The position numbers were made by a program, and so were the translations under genes. From the NCBI GenBank assembly GCA_031414775.1, contig JANOQI010000031.1, positions 64,001 to 128,000 on the forward strand: a stretch of 64,000 bases of DNA, read 5' to 3'. The notes beneath the pieces are model-generated. The model saw only the letters and a list, made by a program, of their open reading frames with translations, did no database searches and had not been told where the DNA came from. This DNA comes from Synechococcales cyanobacterium VAR_4_metabat_354. Lineage in GTDB: Bacteria; Cyanobacteriota; Cyanobacteriia; Cyanobacteriales; Chamaesiphonaceae. This document shows positions 62,685 through 64,000 of this stretch, in pieces; the stretch's first letter is position 1, and each line of letters starts with the position of its first letter.

Positions 62685-63563
62685 GTGAGTAATCAGTTTC
62701 AGCCACTAGCCAATGGTGAAGTAGTATCTGTCCAAGGTACTTATCGAGTCAGTGATCTAACAGCTCAAATCCGGAGCAATTTAGATGAAGCTTTAGCCGA
62801 ATGGTCGAATGAAGAGGGCATTGCGGGCGAGGTGCTACGATTCGGCGCTGCTGCTTGGCAAAAAGGTAAAGTACAGCTAGGTTTATCGATCGAGTTTGCT
62901 CCTCATGATGGTCTGCTGGAATCGTTGCTACCGCCAGTTACTGGCGGTGGGACGTTTTATTTCTTAGCCGATGGCGAAGTTGTACATGTCCAAAATACCT
63001 ACCGGGTTAGTGAGTTAACAGCTAAAATTCGTCACCAGTTAGATAGTGTTTTGGCTGAATGGTCGAGTGATGAAGGATTGGAAGGTGAAGTCCTGCGTTT
63101 TAGTTCTCAGTCTTGGCAAAAAGGCAAAGTACGGCTGAATTTGACACTGAAATTCTTTCCTGATGATAGTGGTTTTATTCCACCAGTGCCTAGTGTAGCA
63201 ATATCTAGCTCAGCAGTGAAAGCTGGCCGCACCGCAGTTTTACCCACCACTGTTAACCAAGTTAGGGTGGTCGATCTCGAAGAACCATCAGTTGTCATGA
63301 AGACCCCGATTATCGAATCGACCCTAGAAGATGATCATTTTGAGTTGGGTACCATGTCACCAATTACTGGCGAAATCGAAATGAACCTCGTTGATAGCGA
63401 GAGTGAACAAAATAGCTATGTGGATTTTGATTTGTCCGCAGCTATCCCCGAAGTTAATCTAGATGAATTAGTCTCTCGATCGAATGTTAGTAGACCGTCT
63501 TTAATTGATGAAGTTTGGAACGAGATGAGTCAACCCAATTGGCCTGGTATTGGCAGAGCGTAA
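62685..63563 (+). CDS. Tandem KGK-domain protein with an acidic C-terminal tail
   Basis: Two copies of L..GEVV.VQ.TYRVS.L...W..EG..GEVLRF....WQKGKV. Confidence 0.8.
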   Translation: MSNQFQPLANGEVVSVQGTYRVSDLTAQIRSNLDEALAEWSNEEGIAGEVLRFGAAAWQKGKVQLGLSIEFAPHDGLLESLLPPVTGGGTFYFLADGEVVHVQNTYRVSELTAKIRHQLDSVLAEWSSDEGLEGEVLRFSSQSWQKGKVRLNLTLKFFPDDSGFIPPVPSVAISSSAVKAGRTAVLPTTVNQVRVVDLEEPSVVMKTPIIESTLEDDHFELGTMSPITGEIEMNLVDSESEQNSYVDFDLSAAIPEVNLDELVSRSNVSRPSLIDEVWNEMSQPNWPGIGRA

Positions 63564-64000
63564 CCTGAAACCCTGGACAGATCTTCATACTGGATTGCAG
63601 CAAACACTGCGCCAGCTTAAAATTCTGCCTAGACAAGCTAGTATTCTCATCGCTGTTTCTGGTGGTCAAGACTCCCTGTGCCTAGGTCAGCTGCTGGTAG
63701 ATCTCCAGCCTCAATGGCATTGGCGGCTGGCGGTGGCTCATTGCGACCATGGCTGGGCAGAAGATATGGGTGTTGCTCAGCGAGTACGTGAGATGGCCGC
63801 CAGTTGGCAAGTCCCCTACCACTGCTGGAATGTCCAAGGTTTAGCGGAAACTGAAGTAGCCGCGCGAAATTGGCGTTATCAAGCCCTAGCCCAAATGGCT
63901 CAGACTAACAGCTATCAATATGTGGTTACAGCTCATACTCAAAGTGATGTCGCCGAAACCCTGATCTACAATCTTATGCGGGGTTCTGGCAGTGATGGCT
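63550..64000 (+). CDS. tilS: tRNA(Ile)-lysidine synthase, N-terminal part (runs off the window)
   Basis: Hand translation IAVSGGQDSLCL, AHCDHG, ARNWRY, TAHTQSD.AET..YNLMRGSG; start (TTG 63550) uncertain. Confidence 0.92.
   Translation, partial: MAERNLKPWTDLHTGLQQTLRQLKILPRQASILIAVSGGQDSLCLGQLLVDLQPQWHWRLAVAHCDHGWAEDMGVAQRVREMAASWQVPYHCWNVQGLAETEVAARNWRYQALAQMAQTNSYQYVVTAHTQSDVAETLIYNLMRGSGSDG

Overview
Gene-dense chromosomal segment of a cyanobacterium. Evidence: psaE, psbM, ndhO, crr7, ccsA, a group-2 sigma factor, groESL with K-box and CIRCE, and heavy enrichment of the HIP1 core CGATCG, often as TCGATCGA or tandem CGATCGATCG (a Chamaesiphon-like pattern; taxonomy is inference). About 55 CDS, mostly housekeeping. 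No rRNA, tRNA, CRISPR array or transposase is visible. Main observations: (1) a four-gene anion ABC transporter that looks mosaic, with an NrtA-type binding protein with a remodelled pocket, NrtB, a CmpC-type regulatory ATPase and NrtD. It has LysR (NdhR/CmpR-like) motifs and no NtcA box upstream, and no nirA/narB next to it. (2) Three full-length, intact genes whose catalytic residues are replaced: HisD without its Zn/histidinol site, a site-2 protease without HExxH, and a peroxiredoxin without its peroxidatic Cys directly upstream of katG. (3) A candidate ~100-nt three-way-junction leader RNA upstream of trpS. (4) A 50-aa small protein missed by the ORF track, with a Fur-like box upstream. 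All family assignments are from motif recognition and memory, not database searches.
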